A DNA stretch of 64,000 bases. Origin: Amoebidium appalachense (lineage: Eukaryota; Protista; Ichthyosporea). The notes beneath the pieces were generated by a model that saw only the letters and a program-made list of their open reading frames with translations, had not been told where the DNA came from and made no database searches. A program made the translations under genes and the position numbers. Each line of letters opens with the position of its first letter. The stretch's first letter is position 1. Shown here piece after piece: positions 38,290 through 52,016 of the stretch. The DNA is taken from NCBI GenBank assembly GCA_963693365.1, contig CAVNZM010000017.1, forward strand, positions 5,942,708-6,006,707. The letters run 5' to 3'.

Positions 38290-38709
38290 CCTCCTCGGGC
38301 CACACCATGCGACGCATGCATATTCCATGTGTGCAAATGGGGAAAAAAATAAGGCTTATGGGTGTTTACTATAGCCTACATATATGATTTATACAGACTG
38401 TTTTGAAACTAGCATATTATACTAATGCAACAAACTTTGGATTCGTTGATTAGAGAAATCAATATATATCAACGCGCACACGAATTATCCCTTAAATTTC
38501 ACGAGCACACCACCCGCCTGTCCGCTTGTGCCCCGGACCACCTGCTCTTCCGGCTACACGCATCCCCGCCGGAATCGCCCCTCTACCTCCTCCCTTCCAC
38601 ATCGTCTCTGCCCATTGTCGAGCGTTATGCGGAATGGCTGGCGACCCCACCGGAGGTACGGCTAGATCATAGTGTGAATATGAATAGTTTCAAGTCTCTC
38701 TCTCCCTCC

Positions 38710-38793
<84 letters not shown>

Positions 38794-38823
38794 CCCCCCC
38801 CCCCCCCCCCCCCCTCCCTCCCC

Positions 38824-38894
<71 letters not shown>

Positions 38895-39196
38895 TTCTCT
38901 CGCTCTCTGAGACTCTCACTTTGTCACTCACCCGGACAGACACTCACACCGTGACACACGAGCACATGTATATTCACACACTGGCACACACACAGACACA
39001 CACACAGACATGTACAACACGCTGGCACACGTGTGCACACACACACACACACATACACATGTGTACACGCAAAAACGCACGAACATCCACATACGCACAA
39101 GCACACGCACGCGCAACCACATACGCACCGGCACACCTACACACACACACTTACACCCACACCCACAGACACACTAAAACACACACACACATGAAC

Positions 39197-39240
<44 letters not shown>

Positions 39241-39241
39241 G

Positions 39242-39275
<34 letters not shown>

Positions 39276-39537
39276 ACACGCACGCATGTGCGCATACCCA
39301 CCTACACCTACACACACACATACTTCACGTGTGGCCTGTGACACATGCGCCCACACACACACATCGTTAGTACACCGTGCCCAAACACAGAACACATACA
39401 CAATGTCATATGCATACGCACACGCGCGCATACATATGCACGTCCCAACACACACACACACACCCACATACATACACTGTGACACAAAAACACAGACACA
39501 CATGCACAGACGGTCACGGTCGTGACAGACACACTCA

Positions 39538-39633
<96 letters not shown>

Positions 39634-39712
39634 ACGCACACACACACACACGCACACACCCGCGCACGCACACACACACACTCACACACACACTCACACA
39701 CGCACACACACA

Positions 39713-39768
<56 letters not shown>

Positions 39769-40716
39769 GTCACACACACACACACACACAGTGCCGAGTC
39801 ATAACACAGCCACAAACACATAGACTTTTACTAGCAAGCACCACAGAACCATTACACTCACACAGTAAGCACCGTTGACGCCGTTAAAGTAAGTTGCCCT
39901 ACTGATCAGAATTCTCGAAGCACTGTTCGGAACGGAGAAACTAAAAAAAGAAAAAGCTACGGTATGTGGCCGGGGGATGGGAAGATGGGAGGGAGAGGTG
40001 CACGGGAGGCATTGGAAGCCGCCCAATTTGAGAAGGTGATGCGGAAGGGGGGAGGGACAGGGGGGGGGGGGGGAGGGGAGGGGGAAGGAGGGAGGGAAGC
40101 GGCGAGGGGAGTGCGGGGGGGTGGGAGGACCGGACGTCAGTAACTCGGAGGCGTTGAGGTTCGGAGAAGGGTGGAAGACGGGAGAGTGGACTAAGCACCC
40201 CTATATATGGTCATCTGAGGGAGGTATGGGGAGGGGCTCATTACGGGTTGAGCCCGTGGGCGGGGGGAGGGGGGAGGAGGGGGGGGGGGGGGGGGGGGGG
40301 GGAGGGGGAGGGGGGGGAGGGGGCGGGGGGCGGGGGGCGGGTGGGGAGGGGGGGGGGGGGGGGGGGGGGGGGTACCACATGTCACCGATGATGTTGGTAG
40401 AATGTGCAATGGTCCTTTTCTACATGCCTTATTTGGCAGGTTGCTAACCATAAAAGGTTGGTCTTGGCAGCCCAACTCCAACTTTACAACTAGTCACATC
40501 GCCTGTGGTGCAGCAGCTTGCCGTTACAACTGCGGCAGGTATGCAAGTGCCGCAAGATGATATCTTGAAGAAAAAAAAAAAAAAAAACCAAGGGGGGGGG
40601 GGGGGGGGGGGGGGGGGGGGGCTCCCAGGGTTGTTGCTGCAGCGTACGGCTGCCCCGACAGAAAAAACAAAACTAGGCCCTGATCTCTTTCCCTCCCCCC
40701 TCCCCCCCCCTCCCGC

Positions 40717-40765
<49 letters not shown>

Positions 40766-41428
40766 CCCCCCTCCCCCTCCCCCTTCCTCACCACCACCGC
40801 CACACACACAAACACACACATCGGGCCGTACCCTGCCGTGTTCCCCTCCACTCTCGGCTGGGAATAAAACCGGTTCTTATTGAACAGGGAGGGGGGTGCG
40901 GGGCGGGAGGGGGGAAGGGGGGGATGGGAGGGGAAGGGAGGAAGGGGGGAGGGTGTACATGGGTGTACATGCAGTTCTACTGCCCAGACTCCCCCACCCT
41001 CCCCCTCCCCCCACCTCCTCGTCTCCTCTTCCCCTTCCAGCCCCTCCTCTCTCCCCCCCCCCCTCCCCCTCCCCCCGCTCCCCCACCTCCCCGCCCCTCC
41101 CCCTTTCAGAGGCTCTCTGCTTGTGGGAAAAAAAAAACTCAGCTGAAAAGAATTCATCCTGTAGTGTTGTAGAGCACGAGTCAACCACTTCAAATTGTTA
41201 GCCGGTGACGGTCGTCTAAGGACACCGAGGTCTCATTCATAAATTGTAAAGCTCATGTGTACGGGCGCAATAGTATCAGTGGTGTGGTTGTGTGTGTGGT
41301 TGTGTGGGTATTGTGCCTGTGCCGCTTGCGCCACGTGTGACACTGTGTATGCATGTGCGGGTGAAGGTATTGGACGTGTGTGTTTGTGTCACAGTTTCAA
41401 AGCTTGTGTGTTCGTGCAGGGTTGTGTG

Positions 41429-41494
<66 letters not shown>

Positions 41495-42978
41495 ACGGTG
41501 TGCACGTGCGGCGTGGGTGAGACGGTGTGTGTGTATGGTGTGTACATGTAGGTGCGCACGGTGTTTTTATGACGGTGCGCACGCATGCACGCTTGTGTGT
41601 ATGATTGATATCTTGTGATTGGGTGTGACGGTTAAGGTCACTTGTTCGCGTGCATTCGTTACTCGGTTGTAACTGAAGTATGTGTGTGCATGTGAATGTG
41701 TCACAGTGTGTGTGCCCGTGTGTGCGCTTGTGTGCGATTCACATGATGTTTGCATCCATTCACATATGACACTGCATGTGGGTGTGGGTGGATGCGTGGT
41801 GTGCCAGTGTGTGTGTGTCTCAGTCTTTGCCATGCATTGCCGCATTGCAAACACACACACTGCCAAGGAGAAAGGAGGGGTACCTTGCTATGATTCGAGA
41901 AGGGTTTTATCATCGAACGTACATGTGTGATCTCTCTCCAATCAGATATATCACAAGGACTAGTGACTTCACAGTGTCCCACGTTTTTCTTTCTTTACGC
42001 CCAAATTTCTTATTAATTAAACCTACGTTCTGCGCTGCACACCAGTGCATGTATACACCAGTACCGTGACACCGTGGCGCGCGCGCACACACACACACGC
42101 GCGCACGCACGCACACACACGCACGCACACACACACACACACACACATACACACACACACACACACACAGACACGCACGCATACAAAACTTTGAAAAAAA
42201 CAAAAAAAAAACAAAAAAAACTCGGACACCCCCCCCCCCCCCCCAATATGATGCATGTGTGAATGCAAATAAATTAATATCAATTCCATCATTAATAGCA
42301 CATAAAAGTATCTAATCCTAAAAGAAAGATTCTTTTAGGAATCCTGGTCGGGTCAGATCCAATAACAATTTACGCTCTATAAAATGCGCATCAAACAGCC
42401 TTTGGCCTGAACCGAAAAGGCCGATACATCGGCCTAAAAGAAGCCTGGTCCCCTTTATAAGAGTCAAATGCGGGTTTTTGCACGTGTGTTGTGTCCCACA
42501 GTGCACTGAGTCCCCCCCCCCCCCCCCAAAAAAAAAAAAAAAAAAAAAAAAGGAAAATACTATACTAGTTTTACTTTTACTATACACAGAATTTAACTTT
42601 TCTTTTCTTTTCTTTTTTCTTTTTCCTTTTTTTTTTTTTTTTTTTTTTGGGGGGGGGGGGGGGGGGGGCAGCAGAACTTAGCAGTTGTCCTCCCTTTCTC
42701 CCAAAATTAGTGGTGATTGAATCACAACGAAAGAAGGGATGTTTATACCACCCCCAATACCACACATGTGCGATGACACACACACATACACACACGCACA
42801 CGGACAAACATACACACAAAGGCACACACACGTACACACACGTGCACATAGTGTCACGCACGCGCGCGCGCACACACGTTGTAACTTGCCGCACACTGAG
42901 ACACCAGCGCACACCATACATGCACGCACACACACACGTACGCCCACACGCATGCATGCACACGTGTGGCCGCCTGCA

Positions 42979-43028
<50 letters not shown>

Positions 43029-43359
43029 CACACAGACACACAAATATACATGTGTACACACACGTACTGGCACACGTCCACACTCATGCCCCCACACACG
43101 CACGTGCACACACACACTGTACCTGTAAGCACATGCGTCAGTGCAACCCACACACCCTCTCTTTCTATCACACACACACTCTCTGTGCTCACTCTCTCTT
43201 CTTCCCCCTCCCCTCCCCCCCCCTCCTCCCGCCCCCCCTTCCCCCCCTCCCCTCCCCCCCTCTCCCCCGGAGTCACTCTCTCTCTCACTCTCTTGCGCGC
43301 TCTCTCCTTATCTCTAGATCTCTCTCTCCCCCTCTCCCTCTCTCCCTCTCTCCCTCTCG

Positions 43360-43390
<31 letters not shown>

Positions 43391-45505
43391 CTCTCTCTCG
43401 CCCCCTCCCTCTCTCTCTCTCTCTCCCCCCCCCCCCCCCTCTCTGTCTCTCTCCCCCCCCCCCTCTCTGTCTCTCTCTCTCCCCCTCCCTCCCTCCCCCC
43501 TCCCCCCCCCTCTCTCGCTCTCTCTCAGCCTCACTCATCCCCCCCCCTCCCCCTCCCCCTTCCTCTCCCCACCTCCCCCCCCCCCCCCCCCCCTCTCTCA
43601 GCCCCTCCCCCTCCCCCCCCACCCACCCACTCAGGCTCTCTCCAGGCCCGTTCACGAAGTTCGTCTAGAAAATTTAAAGAAGCCTCAGTTAGTGCCAAAA
43701 TTCGGCTTAGGTAGGAGAAGATCATTCAACGAAAGAAAGTGTGTGCCATTTCCCGTATTCATTTAGCAATTATCACTACTCTATATGGAAGTTCATCCTA
43801 TAGCCTTTTTGTTGTACATGTTTGTACGTGAGGCCCCGGGGGATGGGCCAAAAGTAACACCCCCATGGCTTTTCCGAACGTTATCATTTTATTCAGATTT
43901 TTCATTTTAAAATATTACAATATTTTACTTTTTGGACTTCCTATTATTATAAGTTTCCATGCCAACATGAACACTACCGTGAATAAGCAAGTCTTAGAAA
44001 GGATTTCCCATGATGATGATGCGGCCCACCTGCCCGTACCAACGTGTGTCTCCCTACACTCTAAGAGAGAGCCATGGCTGCGGGCGGCGCCCATCGTCTA
44101 CAGTAGTGTGTGGCCGTGCTGGAAAACGCAGTAACACGAGGGGCTCTGCTCCCACCGTTTCCGGATCCCAAAATATAGACCGTGTAAACCAGCCATGGCT
44201 GTCCCAAATGAAAAGGAGCCACTCAGTATGTTGTTCTCGAGCGGGAGGAGGCAGCGGTGAGAGATGACACGTGTTCGGTCAGTCGGCGGTAACGGCTACA
44301 TAGCGGTGCAAGCTGATTGGCCCTAACGGGTAGAATGTTAAGCTCAGTGTGTCGTATGTATCTTTAGTGATTGGATATAGATCAGGTATAGTTATGAAGT
44401 GATCCGCTGTTATCAGTAGATAGGTGATATGATTGGTGGCTTTTCCACTGTTCTAAAAATGTGAGTGAGCCGCGCACCAGCTTTGTAGAGCTGGCTGTGG
44501 GCGTCGTTCGTTCAGTTCTTGTTTTTAGAGCTAGTGTGTAGGTGAAAAGAAAAAAGGCGAGGGAGCAACGTGATAAGGTAATAATTAGGCTGTTTGGGTG
44601 TTTTCTTGGTTTGGTGGCACCTTGTGTAAAGGGGCAGAAGCTGAGACCTCAGTCTGATTAGTTGGTGCCTTACGGTTTGCTCTTGCTTTCTCTTTGGTTT
44701 TCGTTTTAGCGTTTGTGTGAGTGTCTGACATCAGAGGTAAAAGGGATTTGTAGAGTTAGTTGGTTGAACTAAGTTTGGTGGTGCTAGTGTAAAAGCGCAC
44801 AAACTAGTTGCCTTAGCTAGCTGTCCTTTTTTCTGTTGATTTCTGCAATTGTCACACGAATTCTGGCAACTCAACGTTAACCAGCTCGTTCTCCTCATTT
44901 TCAAGGTTCCTTTTTTCGCTCTAGATATTAATACGACTTTTACATTTGTCTTTTCCCTTCAGTATGCTGATTAGCTCGCTAGCGCTGAGGAGTCTTGTAG
45001 AGTGAAAAACTACGTAAATTTGTCTGTCTCTCTGCCTATACAGTCACAGTGAACTTTCTGAACTCCAAGCATTACAAATACGTGCTCTGCTTTCCTTGAC
45101 ATGGGCAAGTGAGCCTCTCTTCTTCCCGAGCAGAACTCTCTTATATACGACATTGTGAGTCAATGCACGGTCTCTACTAGGTAGTCGAGCTCGGTGTAAA
45201 CACACGGCCTCCCCCTGTGGGGAGGTGCGGGGGGTGTCACGGTGGCGCGCGTGTGTGTGGATGGACCGTTCGATGGCAACAAGGATGCCTAGGCCCAGCT
45301 TCCACAGATTCGTACCCCCCTGCGCCTCCCGCAGCTGCCCAGCTGAGGCAGGGGGAGGCCACGGTCCACAGCCTTCGTTCCCGAACACAGCTGCCACGGA
45401 ACCAGCTGAGTTTGGTTCTTTCCCTCGAAGTGGTACACCGGTGAGCCCGTAGCCCCCCATGTTAGTACCCCTGGTGAGGGCGTCACGGGCGCGGCTGAGC
45501 CAGGC

Positions 45506-48500
45506 TTGTTTCCCCATGTGTCTAATGATTTACTTCCACTTCCCCTTTTTGTAGTCCCGCTGTTGCTTAATGGTGTTAGGTTGTCCTCTCCAAGAAGACG
45601 TGGGAGGTTCAACAAGAGATTTGCTGTGTTAAAGTTGGTTAATAGAACCATAGCTGCAATCAACACGTTGTATAATGGGCCACCTGGCTCGGTAGAATCT
45701 CCTAGAAACGATGTTTGGCACAACATGCACGACACCTCTTCCCAGAATCACACACACTTTTCAACATTTTCCCCTCCTACCAGCACACACTTTTTTCCCA
45801 CGCCTTTTCCTAAATCCACGCACTTTTCTCATGCACCCTCACCGGCACAGACACAATCCATTCAGCGAATTTTCGTTTTTTGCGCGGATATGCGCCGCAG
45901 GATCAGCAATGTCCCCTTAGCGGCTGTGTCTGAATCTTTCCCATATTTCAATCACTCAAAAGCCTTCACCCCCATAGTTGCTGAGCGTATTGCCCTTCCT
46001 CCTGAGGGGTTTGGGGCAACAGTTCCGCTCCTAGAGGTCCTTCCACCTGACCCCAAGGAGATGATGGAGAAGCCAAACGTGTTGATGGTGGCGTCAAATC
46101 GCACGGGTGACGCGGTCGGACAGCCGAACGGTCACGGAGTTTGCGGGCTTGGGGGCGTGTTGGCAACTGAGAGCACCACTGAGGGTGCTGAAGGAGCCCA
46201 CCCTTTGCCCGGGCGTCCTGTCCATGCATTTGCGTCGCCTGCGGAGTGGCCTATATTGGCTAAGCGTATGTATGTTTGTGGTATGGTTGCTTTTTCAGAA
46301 ATTTCGGAGCCCCCAAAGATTATCAATGGTTTATTTGCGGTGGAGAAAGATGAGAAGGAAGACCGTCTTATCATGGATGCTCGCCCCATGAATGCAGTCA
46401 TGATAGACCCGCCCAATCCGAATTTTCCCAGTCCGGCAGATTTGTGTAGTATCATTGTTCCGAAGGACGCAGCGGTGGTGGTGGCCAAGTACGATTTTTC
46501 GAATTTCTACCACCGTTTTCGGGTGCCAGACTGGCTGTCTTGGTACCAAGGGCTTCCGCCGGTTTCGTCTTCAGCAGTGGGACTGCCGGGTGTCGATAGG
46601 TTGGTGTATCCGCGGGTGTTGTCTATGCCGATGGGCTGGAAATGGGCACCGTTTGTCGCCCAACGTTCTCACCAGCACATCACGCACCCGCCTTTACGTA
46701 TCGAACGATGCATCCAATCGAATTCTTCACCGGCACATTCCATTACCGACCAATCGGATACGGCACATTTGATCTACGTGGATGATTGGGTGGGGGTTGG
46801 GTTGGAGGAATCTACTGTAAATTCCGAGATGACGGCAGCCGGGCGCGCTGGAGAGACACACGGATTCGAAATAAAACCGTCCAAAACGGTCACGGCGTCA
46901 CGAGACCACCCGGAGACCGTAGCACTCGGGTTGGCTATTGGACGGGACGGTGTTATTCGACCGGATGCATCACGGTTGGCGCGGCTACTAGCCGACACAA
47001 AGGCGGTTCTGTTCATGCGGGAGGTGGCTCCACGGGCGTTATCTCGTTTGCTTGGGGGCTGGGCGTGGTTGTTGCTTTTGAATAGAGCTTTATTTTCTGT
47101 GTTAGAGGCGAGTTATCAGTTTGCGTTGTCAGCCGGCCAATGTCCACTAACGGCATGCCCAATCCCCTCTGCAGTCAAGGGGGAGTTGGCCCTGTTGGTG
47201 GATTTGGCACCTCTCATTGTGTGTGATTTGACGGCTGCTCCCGCCTCTCTTCTGTTGGCATCAGATGCGTCCACCAAGGGAGCAGGTGTTTCTATTGCGT
47301 CCGTTACGGCTGAGCAATCGTTGACGGCATTAGCACAGTCGGTGTCCAGACCCGGTTATTCCTTCTTGGGGCCTGTGGACGACACCGGTGAGCTCGTGAT
47401 TAACGCCCTTTCGGCCGATGAATGTAACGACAGCACGAACCACCCCACGACCGACGACTCTTTTCTGAAAGTAGTTGACGGTCTGCAGTGGCACCATCCG
47501 ATATCTACTCCGTGGCGGCACGAAGATCACATCACCATCCTCGAGGGGCACGCGCTGCTATTATCACTATGACGTTTCACGCGAGCACCACAAAATCACG
47601 GCACCAGAGTAGCTCATCTCATCGACAACACATCTTTATTGTTTGCGGTGGCCAAGGGTAGATCGAGTTCACGACGGCTAAATCATCTGTGCCGGCGGGT
47701 GGCAGCACTTGTGTGTGCAGCCGCACTTCGACCGGCGTGGGTGTGGGTCCCTTCTGCCCACAATCCAGCAGACATGCCGTCACGTGACGTCGTCCCCTCT
47801 GCAAAAATCACGCATATGCTCAATCTCAATGTCACGGCTCCCACAGTGGCGAAATACGACAACGCCTTGAACAAATTCGTAGCGTGGTGTGTGGAAGATG
47901 GGGTGAGCACCTTCCAGTCGGTAGAGCAGGTGGATAACATGCTTGCGAGCTATGCAGCTGACATGTACGAAGAGTTGGGGGAGACCCGCAGCGGGCTCGC
48001 CCACTGCAAGACGGTGCTGTCAGCCATCCACCATTTCTATCCCCAGTGCAAGGACTCCTTGGTTCTGTCGGCCAGGGTCCTAAGGGGGTGGGACCATGCT
48101 AACCCGACCAATCACCACAGACCACTCCCCTACGACTACATGATTTTGGCAGTGTCGGCTCTGTGGGAATACAAGATGCCGCACGTAGCACTCTATCTGT
48201 GTATGTCATTCGCAACCTACACCCGGCCGGGGGAGCTCTCGCGGCGCACGGTGGCAGACTTCATTCCTCCGAATGATCCACGGTTGATTGAAATCAATGC
48301 TCCAGCGGGCAGTGCAGTGTTGCTTCTTCCACGGTCCAAAACGGGCAATCATCAGATGGTGGTGATCCGTGATCCAGTGTGCTTGCATTTGCTGCAGAAG
48401 CTCATGGCAGTGGGTGCATTTCCCCATGGCTCCCGCCCATCCGACCCTCTGTTTCATCCTGGGTACACACCATCGCTGGTAGCAACTCGTATGCAACAGA

Positions 48501-48754
48501 GTCTAACGGCTGTGGGCCTGGATAGCGACTTCTCATTGTACAGCACACGGCACGGGGCAGCCTCCACAGCAGCACTCAGAGGGGAGGACTATGAGCAAAT
48601 TCGTATCAATGGTCGGTGGCGTACTTTCACGACGCCTTTCAACCACTACATTGACACGAACAAGGCCATGCTCCTGGCAATTCTAATGCCCGCTCATCTG
48701 TCAGCCCAGGCAAAATCCTTGGCCCGTAGGCCACACATGATTGCGCACGATTAG
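45506..48754 (+). CDS. RT - RNase H - tyrosine recombinase in a single frame, interrupted by one TGA at 47570-72
   Basis: RT: RLIMDARPMN, YDFSNFY, MPMGWKWAP, YVDD. RNase H: SDAS, HITILE, IDN, WVPSAHNPADMPSR. YR: TRPGEL, PRSKT, YSTRHG, GRW, HY. ORFs 45506 and 47639 are in the same frame (difference 2133 = 711 codons). The true start is uncertain. Confidence 0.88.
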
Positions 48755-49809
48755 CAGCTACAGGCTTCTACACACACACCCAACACACATTATTTAAAAG
48801 ACACAATCACAAAATAAAAACAAGTAGGGTAGGTTTGGATAGATGAAGGGGTTCTTTCGGCCATTGTGTGCTGGAAGTGCTGTTCCTTCAATAGCCTATC
48901 ATACACACACAAACACACACACATACACACACACACACGTGTGCACACACACACGGTGTTCTGCGGTTTAGGGGGTTTATCCGGGGGTTTTGGGGGTTTT
49001 CTGATCAGATACTGATATTATTTATTAGGGCTAAAATCAATAATAAAATTCCTCACTGACTTGCGTTTCTGCTTCTCTTTGTCTCGGTCACCTCGGGGAG
49101 CCACGACGGGAGTGAGGGGGAAGTCTTGCCTCCGGCATGTTGTTCTCGAGCGGGAGGAGGCAGCGGTGAGAGATGACACGTGTTCGGTCAGTCGGCGGTA
49201 ACGGCTACATAGCGGTGCAAGCGGATTGGCCCTAACGGGTAGAATGTTAAGCTCAGTCGTATGTAGCTTTAGTGATTGGATATAGATCAGGTATAGTTAT
49301 GAAGTGATCCGCTGTTATCAGTAGATAGGTGATATGATTGGTGGCTTTTCCACTGTTCTAAAAATGTGAGTGAGCCGCGCACCAGCTTTGTAGAGCTGGC
49401 TGTGGGCGTCGTTCGTTCAGTTCTTGTTTTTAGAGCTAGTGTGTAGGTGAAAAGAAAAAAGGCGAGGGAGCAACGTGATAAGGTAATAATTAGGCTGTTT
49501 GGGTGTTTTCTTGGTTTGGTGGCACCTTGTGTAAAGGGGCAGAAGCTGAGACCTCAGTCTGATTAGTTGGTGCCTTACGGTTTGCTCTTGCTTTCTCTTC
49601 CCTCCCTCCCACCCTTGGATAGATGAAGGGGTTCTTTCGGCCATTGTGTGCTGGAAGTGCTGTTCCTTCAATAGCCTATCATACACACACAAACACACAC
49701 ACATACACACACACACACGTGTGCACACACACACGGTGTTCTGGGGTTTAGGGGGTTTATCCGGGGGTTTTGGGGGTTTTCTGATCAGATACTGATATTA
49801 TTTATTAGG

Positions 49810-50218
49810 TGTAATATGTGTGGGGGGCGGTTTACTCGCGGCTGCATATCTATCAATAAATGCAACCTGTTAGCTAATGTATTAGAACCGGAGGTTATTG
49901 GCGGTTTTATTCTCTTTTCTTCATCTCTTCCTCAATATATCCGTTTTAAGATGACTATCCTAGATCACCTTATTAATGCTGCACAGTATGATATTGTGAT
50001 CCGGTGCCTTAACTTTCTGTCGGAGCTACCGATGCTAGCATCTGCTTACCCATAATATGTAATAGGGGTGTCAGATCCTACGATGGCGCTCATTGTTGCC
50101 TAGCATGTACATATGTCACTGGCTGCATTTGATTGGCTGTGCTGGAAAACGCAGTAGGCCGTCGAATGTGGCTGGGCCTCCGGCAATGTCCACGCAATAA
50201 AAAGTGTGTAAACCCCCC
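49810..50218. mobile_element. 409-bp insert in the terminal B repeat with 11-bp target duplication TATTTATTAGG
   Basis: Absent from internal copy B1 (49019-49040). The duplication lies at 49799-49809 and 50219-50229. Imperfect GGTTTAC/GTAAACC inverted motifs lie near the ends. Confidence 0.7.
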
Positions 50219-52016
50219 TATTTATTAGGGCTAAAATCAATAATAAAATTCCTCACTGACTTGCATTTCTGCTTCTCTTTGTCTCGGTCACCTCGGGGAG
50301 CCACGACGGGAGTGAGGGGAAGTCTTGCCTCCGGCAAGATGATTGGATAGATCTTCATGATGACATCACAGACTCGGCGACGATTAAAACTATCAAGTAG
50401 TTTATAATTCTTCCCTTGATAAATAGACCAAATATAAGATTGTATTTGTGCCAGGATTCGTTTTACTGATTTTTTCGGGCAAACGCGCACACAGCTCCAC
50501 CAGGCTCCTCAGCATGCAGATTGAAGTGCAGGGACAGATGGTTTTGATTGCATTAGGATCATAGACGTCAATGTCACCTGATCAAGCGCGTGTGTTACAT
50601 GCAGGAAGTTCAGCCAGGCAGCATACAGGTACATTTCTTACTGACTGTATGCCCAACGCATGCGAAGAATCCATAAACACACATAAATTATTCCCATATT
50701 TAGGTATTTAGCTCGCCTGTACCTATGTACATGTACATACTACTTCCTCATCTATCTTTCCAAATACCTGCAGCTGGGGGGATTCGTTTACGTAAACTAT
50801 ACAATTTTTGGAATCTTTGGGGTTTACACAGCCTAGACTACAGCCTACAGGACACATCTCAGAGGCTGAGTTCTCAGGGGTGTCTTCATAAAACCCTCTA
50901 TAGAATAAATCAAGTTGTTATTTATCTTTAAATAAAAATTTCTTTATATTTAAATGAGTGTACTTTTATTTATTCACAGTGACAGGGACATATATTTGAA
51001 AACTTCTGCTGGGGGTCTCGGCGCTCTTATCAACAGAAACCAGAAACGCCATTATTGGCGGCCCAATAGTCACGCCTATATATGATAGGGCTCTTACCTG
51101 GATACGGGGATTATCTTCGATTTGATTACACCAAAGTCATGAATGAGTCTTGTGCTCATTTCATTGACCTAGTCTTAGCCAATAGTTGCTAATTCTAGAA
51201 TTAGCGTTGATTGGTTCAACGTTAGGAAGCCTGTGGCAATAATGGCTCTTCGTTGCTTATGTGTTATCGCTCCAATAAACTCGATTATCAGTTCTATCGC
51301 CGGCTTTTTAAATTGCTTATAACTTAACTTTAATTAAGCTCCTGGCGATTGGAAGATAGTCATGGTGCTTCATATATTATTGTGATGAATGTTGAGGGAA
51401 GTGCATCCTGGGCCACAAGAGACGGGAAAACGTCGACGGAACGTATCGAAAAAATTGCGTTTATTTACTGAAATAATTATCATAATATAATCTCTCAGTG
51501 ACTTTCCAAACAGTATATCTGCTATCTTATACCGCTATTATAGTCATATTTCTGTAAGTATCAATGCTAACCTCTTTGCAGCACAACACGTTGATCAGTT
51601 ACCCTGCTCCACTTTCAGGCTGCACCAATCAGCTTGTGCACTCCATTTCCTTGAAAAGCGGTTGGATCGCGTGCGCTTTGATTACACGAAAAAAACTACG
51701 AACCCGCAACACAACGAAGACTTTTTCCCCACTAAGAAGTGTTCGTTTAGGGAAAACAAGTTTGAACAATAATAAGTAGGATATACGCTGTCATATTATA
51801 CATTCAGGATTTCTGGTTACTGTGGAGCGGTCAGCACTCGTACACAAGCAACTCCGCCCGAAGCTTTACGTGGGTTTGTGGTGGTCATCGTTGCCACTTT
51901 TTATTCATCAGCTCTACCCCACGAGCACCTTCCCCAAGACACACGGAGAACATTTCTGGCATTAATAGTATCTTGAAACCTCTAAACCGTTCCGTGTTCC
52001 TTTTCTAAATAACAAA

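Larger units (their letters stand above)
44228..50336 (+). mobile_element. Tyrosine-recombinase retrotransposon with split direct repeats (Ngaro-type layout A1-ORF-B1-A2-B2)
   Basis: A1 44228-44694 matches A2 49137-49599. B1 48835-49137 matches B2 (49615-49809 plus 50219-50336, interrupted by an insert). Encodes RT, RNase H and YR. Confidence 0.9.

Noticed and set aside
40444-41240. Possible exons of an additional minus-strand gene
   Set aside because: Short unique segments with no recognisable motif and no consistent splice chain.
49019-50336. A third independent split repeat (C) defining a new terminal architecture
   Set aside because: More simply explained as one B repeat whose terminal copy is interrupted by a TSD-flanked insert. 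Kept only as an alternative.
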